This document shows, piece by piece, positions 1-11,955 of a DNA stretch of 32,000 bases (positions within the stretch are counted from its first letter, which is position 1; each line of letters begins with the position of its first letter). The stretch is from Mycoplasmoides pneumoniae FH (GTDB lineage: Bacteria; Bacillota_I; Bacilli_A; Mycoplasmatales; Mycoplasmoidaceae). The notes under the pieces were generated by a model. That model searched no databases. It was not told where the DNA came from and worked only from the letters and a program-made list of their open reading frames with translations. A program made the translations under genes and the position numbers. The stretch spans positions 90,001 to 122,000 of the forward strand of contig NZ_CP010546.1 in the NCBI RefSeq assembly GCF_001272835.1. The letters are read 5' to 3'.

Positions 1-1006
1 TAAGTGGGTTTACTAACACCACCAAACAGATGCCATACATCCCGATCATCTTTCAGGTCGCTTTTCGCTTTAAGATATCACCAGCACTTGGTTGGTTACC
101 CAACTGCATTTGTTCCTTGGTTTGCTTTTGGGGCATAAACGGATCCATTTGCTTTTCAAACCAAGCAAACACACAGAGAATGCCAAAACCAATCAAGATT
201 AAAGCAGTTAGGATAAAGACCCAGTACTTAGTACCAGCTTGTTGAACAGATTGGAATAAGAACGGTACAAAAGCAACTACAATCCCACTGTTAAAGCCCC
301 AGAGGTTCGCGTTGGATAACACTGACTTACGACGTTGCGTTGAAAGTGAAGCAATTAACGGTTGGGAGTAAGTTACTAAAGTTGTACCACCAATAGCAAT
401 CGTGGAACGGAAAATAATAAACAACGCATAACCAGCAATTGATGAACTGGTACCAATTAAATTTTTATCTAAACCTTGAACTAAATCAATAGTTTGACCA
501 TCTGCTAACATGGTCTTGCCTTCTGCCATAACAGGCCCCAACAATTGACCTTCATGTAATTGCGAAGATAGACTAGAAAGTTTACCCATTACTTCCTTTG
601 AAAGTGGTCGCAATAAAGTTAACTGGTTATTTCCCCCTAATGGATCACCAATAATTAAGAAGGGGAAACAGAGACACATTAGCCCCATCATAATCATGAC
701 CGCATAACGGTAACCAAACTTCAGGACCACTATTCCACACAATACGGATCCGACTGCACGTAGCAGGGTAATACTCCAGTTGGTGGCACTACCAGCAATT
801 GATCCAGCACTGTTAGCAAAGAAGGAATTGACCCAACCATCATAGTTAGGTAAAACCTTAGTATTGCTATCTAAAATACCAGCTGGCTTACCAGCAATTC
901 GGTCAATTACAAATCACTCTACGACAAACAACAAATAACCAAGCAAGACAATTGCCCACAACATGACAAGGCGTAAATCACTCGGCTTTTTTACAGACGT
1001 TTGCAC
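1..1006 (-). CDS. Hexose-phosphate/MFS-type multi-pass transporter, 3' end truncated by window edge
   Basis: In code 4 the frame is open from GTG at 1006-1004 (VQTSVKKPSDLRL...) through the track ORF 742..53 and its TGA (Trp) codons to the window edge. The protein is strongly hydrophobic and paralogous to the gene at 1170-2855. Confidence 0.85.
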
Positions 1007-1114
1007 AATCTCAACGACTCCTTAGTTAATTTATTTTTAAATTGTTTCAAGTCGACTTTTGTCTCTTATCTAAAAACAAGCTAGTTTTTTAGGCTTATCT
1101 TTGTTAACAAAATA

Positions 1115-1144
1115 AAAGACCAGAGCCGTTTGGCCCTGGACTTT
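1115..1144 (-). terminator. Hairpin plus T-rich tail, downstream of the 1170-2855 gene
   Basis: Minus strand reads AAAGTCCAGGGCC-AAAC-GGCTCTGGTCTTTTATTTT. The stem is about 12 pairs with one T-T mismatch and one G-T, followed by a T-rich tract. Confidence 0.6.
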
Positions 1145-1169
1145 TATTCCTTTTAGCGGTTTATCTAAG

Positions 1170-2855
1170 TTATTTTAAGAGATCCGCGTAACGGTTTTTA
1201 GCTTTATTCGCAATCACAAACTGTCACTGCGTTATTCTCCACTTCTTTGTCATTTCACTTACACATTCATCACCGTTTTTAATTCAGGATGATGGGAGGT
1301 AAATAATGACCCAGTTAATAACTAGAAGGAGTGATACAAACAAGACAATAGCGGCAATGGCACCTGGCAGAATATTGGCACTTGTATTACCAGTAGCAAT
1401 TCTTGGTGCATCTAAAAAGACAGACGTAATAATGTCAAAGATGCTGTAGAAGACGTAAGCAAAGCCTCACACATAACCAAAGATAATAGAAACTTCGTTG
1501 CGCTTGTATTCCTTGTACTCGTAAGGGAGAATCAAGATCGAGCTACCTAAACTTCAACCAAAACCACCAGCAATAAAGGTAAAGATACCCACAAACGTAA
1601 AGCCAACCACAGTATTTAAACCAAGCGTTGCAGCAAAGATTACTATTAACAACACCAACACGGCGTTGGCCGTAAAGATAAAGTGGAGCCAACGCTTCTT
1701 GTCATAAATTGTTTTGTTAAACGGTGACAGTAAGAAGTAACCCAAGAGGTAACCCATTACCCAGAGAATTAATAAGATTGGACGGGCAGTTGGAATAATT
1801 GCTTTTTTAGCACCTGAAATAGCTAACAAGCTGTTAAACCAGGTTTGGGTTAACGGGTTAATTAAGAGAATTGTACCTACACCAGCTATTGCCAACAGCT
1901 TCCAAGTTGTTTTGCGTTTCAAAATTGATAACGCACTTGGTCTCACACTCAAGCTTTGATTGGTTTTTGATTGCTTTTGGGGCAACATGTGATCGACCTT
2001 CTTTTCAAATCAAGCAAATACTAACAACATCGCAAACACCAATAAGATCATGAACGTTACAACTCAAACCCAGTTAGCAGTCGCAAAGCGGCCAACACCT
2101 GGAATTAAGAAAGGTGCTGCCACAATTACAAGTCCTACGTTAAAACCTCAGAAGTTAGCATTCGATAAAATCGATTTCTTGCGGTTTGAAGAAAGGGAAG
2201 CAATAATTGGTTGCGCATAAGCAATTAAGGTCGTACCACCAATAGCAATCGTAGAACGGAAAATAATGAAAAACGCATAACCAGTCATTGACGCACTGGT
2301 ACCAATTTCGTTGCCGTTAATTCCTTTAATTAAGCTAACAGGAGTGCCGTCAGCCAACATAGTTTGACTACCCACTTGAACAGGACCTAACAGTTGACCT
2401 TGTTGTAAACTGGAAGAAATTTTAGTAAGTTTACTTATTACTTCACTTGAAGCCGGTCGCAACAAGGTCAACTCGTTATGACCACCTAACGGACTACCAA
2501 TAATTAAGAAAGGAAAACAAACACACATGAGTCCCATCATGATCATCACTGCATGACGGTAACCAAACTTCACCACCATTACCCCACATAAGATCGAACC
2601 AACTGCCCTCAATAAGGTAATAGTTCAGTTAGTAGCTTGACCTGGAATAAAACCAGCGTCCGCTACAAAAAAAGAACTGAACCAACCACCGTACTGGGGA
2701 ACAGCACTAGTTTGTTCAGTTAAAAGGGAAGCCGCACTACCTCTAATGAAGTCAATCACAAACCATTCAATCACAAACAACACATAACCAAGTAAGACGA
2801 GACCTCACAGTGTAACGAGCCTCAGGTCGCTTGGTTTTTTTACAGAATTTTGCAC
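1170..2855 (-). CDS. Hexose-phosphate/MFS-type multi-pass transporter, tandem paralog
   Basis: Track ORFs 1554..1988 and 2148..2612 share a frame separated only by TGA codons. Start is GTG 2855-2853 (VQNSVKKPSDLRLVT), stop is TAA 1172-1170 (...AKNRYADLLK*). N-terminus and many blocks match the downstream paralog. Confidence 0.88.
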
Positions 2856-2974
2856 TTCAGTAATAAAAGAAAACGCAAAAATTTTTATAAATTGTTTGCA
2901 ACAGCAAATTCCGGAATTAAGCGAGCTCTTCTAAAAATTCCGTTTCTTTCTTGTTAACAAAAAGCGCAATAAAA

Positions 2975-2998
2975 AAGCAGACCACTGATGGTCTGCTT
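2975..2998 (-). terminator. Strong rho-independent-like hairpin between tRNA-Ser and the transporter
   Basis: Minus strand reads AAGCAGACCA-TCAG-TGGTCTGCTTTTTT, a perfect 10-bp stem followed by a T run. Confidence 0.8.
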
Positions 2999-3022
2999 AC
3001 AATTTATATTGAGAAATTTTTA

Positions 3023-3111
3023 TGGCGGAAGCGGTGGGATTCGAACCCACGCACCGTAGAACGATCTAACACCTTAGCAGGGTGTCCTCTTAACCACTTG
3101 AGTACGCTCCC
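3023..3111 (-). tRNA. trnS: tRNA-Ser(GCU)
   Basis: Minus strand GGGAGCG...CACCCTGCTAAGGTG...GGTTCGAATCC...CGCTTCCGCCA. The 7-bp acceptor stem pairs, anticodon loop is CTGCTAA, a long variable arm is present, T-loop is TTCGAAT, and CCA is encoded. 89 nt. Confidence 0.95.
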
Positions 3112-3161
3112 AGGAACTGGAATCTAAATTTATTATAAATATTGGATTTTCTGACTTTAGG

Positions 3162-5246
3162 ATGTTCAAGCCATTGTTAAGCGCTGAGCTGTTTTTTAAC
3201 TGAACAGCTAAAGATTTTAAAGATAAAACAAGCTTTTTAAAACAAGCGTGTCGTGTTTTACAGGCCAAAAACTGCATTAAAGAAGAACAAATAGCACTCA
3301 CTGCTTTAAAAGAAAGGGAGGCACAAATCACCACCGGAATTATGTCAAAACTGGCATTGCCCCACATGCAAAGTGCTACCGTGTTAAAACCGTTTGTGGC
3401 GGTGTTTAAGGTCAACAATGTGGACTGGCAATCCTTAGACAACCAACCGGTTAAACTAATCTTTTTAATTGGCGTACCCAAAGATCAAGGCAACCTCCAC
3501 TTGGAATTTATTTCGCAGTTTTCCAAGTTAATGTTGCAGGACGAGTTTGCCAACAAAGTGCCCAACATTCGCAGCTTTAACGGGTTGATTAATTTAATTG
3601 ACAGTTTTCAACAAACTGCAGTTGCAAGTCAACCTGTTGTTAACGAAGCAGCAGCTCAGACTGAAGAGCCAAAGGACACAAACACTCAGTATGACTTTGT
3701 GGCGGTAACGGCGTGTCCCACCGGGATTGCTCACACCTTTATGGCCAAGGAAGCGCTGGAAAAGTTTGCCCGCGATCACAACCTCAAAGTTAAGGTCGAA
3801 ACTCAAGGAACTGATGGGATTCAGAACCAGTTAACCGAGTCTGATTTAAACAATACCAAAGGCATTATTTTGGCCTGTGACCGCTTAATTGATTTAACGC
3901 GTTTTTACGGTCACGCAAATGTGGTGGAAGTGTCCACAACCAAAGCAATTAAAACACCACAAACAGTTTATGACCAAGTGGTAAAGAAGGAAGGCAAACT
4001 ACTCGGTAATAAGTCCAGTGATAGTGCTAGTCAAACGGAACTCAAAGAAACCACTGAACAGCTCTCGTTTAAAGACTTTCACAAACGGATTTACCGCGCC
4101 ATTTTAAGTGGGGTTTCTTACATGCTGCCATTTGTCGTGTTTGGTGGCATCTTAATTGCAATTGCCTTTTTAATTGACATTAATAATGCTGGCAATGCTG
4201 GTAAACAATTTGGCTCTAAAGATCCCATAGCTAACTGGTTTAAAACACTCGGTGGGTTGTCGTTTGGTTTAATTGTTCCCATTTTAAGTGCTTACATTGC
4301 CTTTGCTCTAGTCGGCCGGCAAGGGTTACTGCCCGGCTTTATTGTGGGGTTAATTTCAGCTGGTAAGTTTTTACTCAACATTGACATTGTTACTGGAAAA
4401 ATTGATTGAGCGACTGAATCAAAAGTATCGAGTGGTTTCTTTGGTGCCATTTTTGGAGGCTTGTTGGCAGCAGTGTTAATTATTGTGCAGCAACGTTACA
4501 TCTATAGAAAATTACCGCAAGCATTACAAGGCATTAAGAACATTCTCTTTATTCCGTTACTAGGAACGCTAGTCACAGCAGCCTTGTTCTGAGTCATTAA
4601 CATTCCCCTAATTTACTTGAACTATGGTCTGTCCAAGTTCTTGCAAATTATGGACAAACCATATTTGGCTCCCTTACTTGGTTTAGTGATTGGACTCATG
4701 ATGTGCTTTGACTTGGGTGGACCGGTCAACAAAGCGGCCTATGTGTTTGGGGTAGTTTCGCTAGAGAGCCAAAACAGTGGTACGGTTGCAATGGCTAGTG
4801 CTATCTTATCGGGGATGGTGCCACCATTGGGTATTGCCATTGCTGCGACCATTCGCAAGCAGTGCTTTGACAAGGAAGAATTACCAGCAGCGTATGCTTG
4901 TTATGTGATGGGATTAAGTTTTATTAGTGAAGGGGCGATTCCTTTTGTTGCTAAACGGCCTAAGATTATGTTAGCTGCTAACCTAATTGGTGGTGCTGTG
5001 TGTGGTGTTTTAACGGGAGCATTTGCGCTAACGATTCGTGCCCCTCATGGTGGCGTGTTTGTCTTTGCCTTATTGAAAACTAACTTAGAGGGCATTGCCG
5101 GCAACACACTCCAAATCGGCGCTGGGGTTGGCTTAGCACTTCTAGCGCTAATAGTATCCAGCTTCATTAGTGCTGGCATTATTATTGGTCATAACCTGCT
5201 TGTAGTGCGTAAAAAAACAAAACAACTAGTAAATACCAATGCTTAA
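3162..5246 (+). CDS. fruA: PTS fructose-specific IIABC permease
   Basis: The code-4 frame joins 3342..4409 and 4617..5246 across TGA codons. Upstream in-frame ATG 3162 gives [36 protein letters not shown]...[17 protein letters not shown], which restores the IIA domain. IIB signature [18 protein letters not shown] and IIC membrane domain are present. 694 aa, TAA stop. Confidence 0.95.
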
Positions 5247-6141
5247 CCACAACAGTAAAGTTTGAATAGTTAACTATGCTTGTGCGATTGACTATTACTT
5301 AGATAAACACAAACAACAACGCGGTGTGTTAACACCCGGTGGTAAGGGAATTAACATGGCGATTGTAATGGCTTTATTTGGCATCAAACCAACCGTGTTA
5401 ACCTTTTTGGGTCAACCTACTAAAGATTTATTCTTGCAGTTGTTAAAACCGTACCAACTGGACTTAGTTAGCTTTCCAGCGACTACCCAAACACGGATTA
5501 ACGTGAAGCTGTTGGATGGTGCCCAAACAACTGAAATTAACGATGTCACCCCGTTAATGGAGGAACAAGCAGTCCATGAAATGATTGCTTACCTTAAGGC
5601 TAACGTTAAGCCCAATGACCTGTTGGTGTTGAACGGCCGTTTTTTACAACGCGATTTAGTTAAGTTGTTAGATGTTGCTTTTAGCTTAACCAAGTATGTT
5701 GTATTAGATGTTGATGAACCTCAACTATTACAACTGTTAAACCAGCGCCAACCCTGGTTAATGAAACCGAACCGTGATGAGTTTGTAGCAATGGTTAATG
5801 CAAATAACAGTAACGTTGACCAACAAGAGTTGGTGCAGTTAATAAAGCAGTTTCAGACTACACAGAACTTATTAATGTCAGACGGCGCGCAGGGTGCTTA
5901 CTTCTTTGATCAACAGCAACTGTTATTTATGGAAGCGATTCCTCCCCAACAGTTAGTTTCCACTACGGGAGCGGGAGATACATTGCTGGGTGTTTTCCTA
6001 GCTAACTTACTGTTAGATAAGGATCCAGTGGGTAGTTTAAAGGTAGCGGTTAACTATGCTAGTGCTACGATTAGCAAGCTCGGTGTGGTCAACAGTAATG
6101 ACCAAATAGTGCTAAAAGCTACTAATTATTACTATTTATAA
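5239..6141 (+). CDS. fruK: 1-phosphofructokinase (PfkB family)
   Basis: In-frame ATG 5239 ([41 protein letters not shown]) overlaps the fruA stop by 8 nt. PfkB motifs GGKGINMA and TTGAGDT are present. 300 aa. Confidence 0.92.
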
Positions 6142-6148
6142 TTAGTAG

Positions 6149-6310
6149 ATGTCAACTAAAGAACTAGCCAAACAGCCAAAGGTCAATCAAGAGAGGGAAT
6201 CGATTTTGTTACCCGTTTTGCTAGCTGTTTTCAGTATGCTCTTCTTTATGCTACTGTTAGCTTTAGTGTTGTTGTACGCTATTCCAGGTAAAGTTAATAA
6301 CTTGAACTAG
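6149..6310 (+). CDS. Small single-pass membrane protein (53 aa)
   Basis: ATG 6149 starts 8 nt after the fruK stop: MSTKELAKQPKVNQERESILLPVLLAVFSMLFFMLLLALVLLYAIPGKVNNLN*. It has a charged N-terminus and one strong TM helix, and stops at TAG 6308-6310. Confidence 0.55.
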   Translation: MSTKELAKQPKVNQERESILLPVLLAVFSMLFFMLLLALVLLYAIPGKVNNLN

Positions 6311-6377
6311 CCACAGGTTTAACTGTGTTCAATTGGGAAGCCAAACTTAATCTCGCACTTTTAATGAACTAGTTTTT

Positions 6378-9300
6378 GTGCGCAACTTAATTAAAAACGT
6401 TTTTCGCTCTTTTCGCACCGCTAAGATTGCCTTAATTGCGCTTACCTTTTTAATCTTTGTCGCGGTTGGTAGTTTCGTGTTATTAAACAATACCGTTAAT
6501 AACTTTAACGCTTCCTTTCAACACGTTACCGAACAAGGACAATTGTCTAACGCCATTATTAACGAGCGCTATGACTTTGGTAAACTCGAGTTCCAAAAAA
6601 CGAGTAATGATGCTACTAGTTCTGCCCAACCTAGTGTTAGTACTCGAAGTACTTTAACTGCCCAAAAAGCAAATGGCGCTAATTCCAGTTTTACTCTGAC
6701 CTTAACACCTGACTCACGGACTTCATTTATTAACAACGCACTGCAACTAAAACCGGATGTTTATAACAGTTTAGTTACCGTTACTTTTAGTTATGGCAGT
6801 GAATCTGATCAAACCAAGAAAACCCAAATAGAAGAACAGTCCAAGTTAATTGCCGCAAACAATTTAAGCCGGGCATTACAAACCGATAAGGAGTTATTAG
6901 TTACGGGACAGTTAGAACAGTTAAAGGCTACCTTTCGCACTTATAAGGCAATTAACATTACTGATCAAGGAGTGTTCAAGAAGCTCATAGCCTCTGAACC
7001 GACCGATCAAGTTAACCGTCTCGTTCTGTTTGACGGACATCAACTAGCACGTTCCCGCCAAGTCGAATTTAACGAGCTGGTTAGTCAGTTTACCCAGGTG
7101 CAAGCTAAGGGTAAAGATCAGTTATCCACTACTCTAAAGAATGGTAATTACGAACAACTTTTGCAAGCGATCGCTAACAACTTTGGTAGTAGTGAAACTG
7201 AGTTACTTAAAGAAATTCAAGATGCTTTAAAGCAAACGAATAGTTCCACCACCCTTGCCCAAACCCAAAGTAGTCAACAATTTAGTAAGTTAAAAAACCT
7301 GTTTGATTCTGGTAGTACCTTTACTAACATTGCCGGCAAACTCACGTTGCAGTGGATGGAAGGTACAAACAAAAAGCAACTGGTAATCTTTGACCCGAGT
7401 AGCTATGAAACGGTAGTAGCACCGGGTAACTGGAGTTACGAACAGCAACAGGGCAAAGCGGTGTATCAGGACATTAACCACTGAAACCGGATTAAGCGTT
7501 TACCCTTCAATGAGTTTGAACGCGAATTCCAAAAGATTGATAAACGGTACAAAATGTTGGTCGACAAAATTGAGTACCTCATCTTGGGAGTGGGAATTAC
7601 ACCAGACTTTGTCTACCCCGTCTTTAGTGAATCACTGTTAATTCCCAATACGGCTAACGAGCAGTTGTATTATGTCAACCAAACTGGTTATGAACGTACC
7701 GCTAGCTCCTTTTTAACTAATCCCACCGAAACTGGCATAGTAGCACGGTTACCTAACCTCAACCATGACCTTGATGTAATTAACCAGTGGGCTGTTAAAA
7801 ACATGTCCTGACCCCCGAACCTCAAGGCCGCTTACAGTAATACCGATACCACTAACATCCTTAACCTGTTAGCAGCGCGAACCGTTTTTATTCCTAACCT
7901 CATTAACACGATTAGCTTAGTCTCTTCCTTCTTAACAATTGCCATCTTACTAGTGGCCATCTTTGTCACCATTTTAATCTTGGTTAGTTACCTCAAAAAG
8001 AACACGGAACAAATCGGCATCTTAAAGGCTAATGGGGTGAGTGGCCGGAAGATTAACTTAAGCCTGTTAATCTTTAGTTTAATCCCGGGGATAGTGGGGT
8101 CCTTTATTGGTTATACGTTAGGTATTAGTATGCAAAACGTGGCCATTAACCTCTTTAGTAACTACTGGTTTATCCCCACGCAAACTTCGAGTTTCTCGGT
8201 GTTAGGGTTACTCTTCTTTGCCTTATTAGTGGTTCTTATGATGAGTGGGATTAGTCTGTTTGTGGGGTGACTGATCTTAAGGCAGGATGTAGTCAAGATT
8301 CTTAAACACGACAGTGAGTTTAAGGTATCGCACTTAGGGTTGTGAGCTAAATGACTGTTTGCTAAGTTTGGTATTATGACCAGATTTCGTGTCGCTTTAG
8401 CCTTTAATGCGCCGTGGAAACTGGTCTTTTTAACCTTAATGAGTGCACTAACGATGATGATCCTAAACCTTAGTTTTGCCACTAAGGATGCCTTTCAGGT
8501 AGCACAAACAAAGACTACTTTAACCCAATCGAACCACCAGTACGAGTTTGAACTAGCATCGCCAACGGAGCAGAGTGGCTTGCTCAAGTGACAGCTGTTT
8601 GCCGAATTGGGCGCTACGGATGATCGTACTACCGATGCCGTTAAATTAGCAAACCGAAGGATGGAAATTCAAAGCGTTGACGAATCCAAAAAGTGAAAAA
8701 ACCAACAGGTAATTAACTTTGTTACTGATGCCACCGGTTTTAGTAATGACATTAACTATTTAGAAAACATTGTTCAGTCCAAAATTGGCTTGGACTATTC
8801 ACTGGGTTTTGGTAACGTTTCTTCCAATCCGTGGAAGCTGAGTGAAACATTAATGCCCGCCAATCAAGCATCCGCTTCCAACACGGCTTTCCAAAACTTT
8901 TTAAAGGCGATTATTGTAATTGACCCTAACGAGGGCGGTAAGTACATTAAACAAACTAAGGATGAAGTTACTGTGCGTTTTTTATACGAAATAGACAGTA
9001 GTAAAGCTTTAAAAAACGGCAACACCAAATCAGTTAATAAAATACAAAAAAGTACCGCAGCACCCCAAGCCCAACAAGGACAAAGTAACCAGTTAATGCT
9101 TGACAATGATTTTGCTAAATTCTTGTACAAGCAGTTTAACCTAATCAAGGAAGGGGGCAAAGCAGATCCGGTTGATCTCAATAACTTTGACTTTGCTAAT
9201 CAGAATCAGATTAAGCGTTTTTACAGTAAATACAACGCCTTACCACCGGTAGATTACAAGCTGGCCTTTAACGTGATCGGTCTCCCTAAAGAAACAATTG

Positions 9301-10538
9301 CCAACCAAAAGGATGCGCCCCTGTTTGGCTTTTTAACCTTGCAAGCGCAACTGGGCAATGACGCGATTAAGATTAAGGGGATTAAAGACTGAAAGCTGGA
9401 TAACACCAACTTGGGTCCTGTGTTGCGTACCAATGAGGACGAGATTATTAACCAGCGCTTGTTTAGTAAACCCAACGGTATTATTATCAACAGTTCAGCT
9501 GCTAAAAAGTACCGCTTAAAGGAAGGTAGTCAGCTCCATGTCAAAATTCACAACGGTTACAAACGAGTGAATGCTAAGTTAGTTAACCAAGATCCCACTT
9601 TAACTGCCACCTTTAACATTGTTGGCATTAACAATTCGGTGCACGAACCGGAGTTTTACACGAGTTACAAAACGGCAGCAACACTATTGCAATACCCCAA
9701 TGAATGGATCGAAAAGCAGTTACCCTTTAACAGCTTTTATGCCAATTCGATCTTGCCCTTTACCCAGTCTACTTCCCTCTTTTCCGAATCTGGCTTATTC
9801 CCTGGTACCAGTAGCTTTGCCGCTAACAACACGGTGCTTACTGAAGTAATTAAGAAAACGATTGAAGGTGGTAAAACTAACAGTAAAACTGATGTGCAAA
9901 AGCGCGCTGCTCAAGCTACTGCTAACGGTAAGGATAACAGTAGTCAAAACAACAAGATGAATTATGAGCGCTTACAAAAGGCACTGGGCATTACCAGTGA
10001 TTTAGATAGCTCTAAAGCCGGTGAATACGCCACCATCTTAGAGCGGGTGTATGATGGTTTGCCATACAACTCCACTATTAGCTTTATTAGTAATGTGCAG
10101 GCCAACGATGCCTTGTTTGCTAACATTGCTAACACCACCCAGCAAATCCAAACAGCGGCCATTGGCATTATTATTCCGATTATTATGCTAATTGTGTTGT
10201 TAGTATCAACTACCCTAATTCAGGAATTGAAGAAGATTGCGATTCGTTTAAAAGCATTGGGCTATTCCAACCCGAAGATCTTGCTGTCCTTCTTGTCGAT
10301 TTACCTCCCGTTATTTATCTTTGGTTTGTTAATTTCGACCCCAATTTCGATTTATCTAATTGCACTCCACAATCAAGTTATTTTCTCCAGTGCTGCCATC
10401 TTACTGGAAGCCACATTAAACTTCCCCACGGTCATTCTGTCGATGTTAGTGTTAAGTGGGGTGTTATCAATTACCTTTGTGTTGAATTGGTTGGAGTTGA
10501 ACAAAATCAAAATTGCCAAGGAGATTAAGAATAGCTAA
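6378..10538 (+). CDS. Large ABC transporter permease (FtsX/MacB-like architecture)
   Basis: Code-4 frame joins 6378..7484, 7554..7811, 7953..8270, 8376..8591, 8790..9392 and 9411..10538. 1386 aa with GTG start. N-terminal TM, a large extracytoplasmic domain and clustered TM helices ([19 protein letters not shown]..., [38 protein letters not shown]). Confidence 0.88.
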
Positions 10539-11935
10539 TGCGATACTTTGCCCTCACTGATTTAACCAAGCCCACTGCAAAATTTACCACTGATGCCATG
10601 GAACTGCGTCAGATATCCAATGCTTACCTCAACCAAGCCCAAGCATATTTGCAAAAGGGTTTAAAGCAACTCAAAAAGGATTACAAGAATGCCATTTTGT
10701 ATACCCCCAAAACGGAGTACAAGCGCTTTTTGAAATGGAAGCAAACTTTTCTTCAAGATTTAAACCAAACCCAAAAGCGCTTCTTTATTGTTCGTGCCCA
10801 ACATTTTTCTTACGTGTTGTTGTTTAACTTATTGGATGAACAGGTGGAAGCGGTGATTGCGACCTTTAACAACTTCTTGGATGAACACCGCTTGGAGGCA
10901 CAATCCAAGCAGTTTGATTTAGACACAGCTGTCAATGAACTGCATGATTACTTTGACCAACTGCAAAAGAACACCGCTTACAGCGAGGATTTACCAACTC
11001 ACCTCACGCAAAAAACCGAGCAATTAATTAACGCTCGTAATACCCAGTTAACGAATTTGTTAAACAAGATTGCTACTACCAAACCACCCCTAAACAAACA
11101 GCAACGTTTGTTAGCCAGTTTTCGCAATTACCACGAACACCTCTTTTTAAAGAACGAGGTCAAAAAGGTGACTTGGTTAAACGAACCACGCGCCAAAAAA
11201 GAGTCTGTTACCCCTGATGAAGAACACATTATTGAACTTAAAAACGTTTACAAGTACATTACTAATGGGGTGACTACCAATGCCGTTTTAAAGGGCATAG
11301 ATCTCAAACTCAAAGCCCATGATTTCATTGTGATTTTAGGTCCCTCTGGCTCGGGGAAAACGACCCTGCTCAACATTATTTCCGGGATGGACCGGCCATC
11401 AAGCGGATCTGTTGTCGTTAATGGTCAGGAAATGATTTGCATGAACGACCGTCAGTTAACTAACTTTCGCCGCAACTATGTCGGTTACATCTTCCAGCAG
11501 TACGGGCTTTTACCCAACCTAACTGTAAGGGAAAACGTTGAAGTGGGTGCTAACTTGCAACGTAACCCTGATAAGCGGATTAACATTGATGAACTGTTAG
11601 AAGCAGTAGGGATGAAACACCTCCAAAAGAAACTCCCCAACGAGTTGAGTGGTGGACAACAACAACGGGTCTCGATTGCACGGGCGTTTGCTAAAAATCC
11701 CTTACTCATTTTTGGTGATGAACCAACTGGGGCTTTGGATTTGGAAATGACCCAAATTGTGCTCAAACAGTTTTTAGCCATTAAACAACGCTATAAAACC
11801 ACGATGGTCATAGTGACGCACAATAACCTAATTGCCCAACTAGCCGATTTAGTCATTTATGTGGCAGATGGCAAAATTCAAGCACTGCAAGCAAACCCTA
11901 ATCCCAAACAGGTTGAGGACATTAACTGAATTTAG
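10538..11935 (+). CDS. ABC transporter ATP-binding protein with about 200-aa N-terminal extension
   Basis: Walker A GPSGSGKTTLL, signature LSGGQQQRVSIARAF, Walker B LLIFGDEPTGALD. ATG overlaps the permease stop by 1 nt (TAATG). The track stop at 11927-11929 is TGA (Trp); the true stop is TAG 11933-11935, giving ...EDINWI*. Confidence 0.93.
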
Positions 11936-11955
11936 ATCTAATAAAATTAGAGCAA

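Noticed and set aside
53-245. 71-aa plus-strand ORF at 30..245 over the transporter
   Set aside because: Antisense to a well supported transporter gene and no recognisable domain.
3074-3481. 135-aa minus-strand ORF overlapping the tRNA and fruA 5' end
   Set aside because: Antisense to the fruA IIA domain and running into the tRNA gene; no family resemblance.
11485-11781. 98-aa minus-strand ORF inside the ABC ATPase
   Set aside because: Mirror of conserved Walker and signature codons; coding evidence is firmly on the plus strand.
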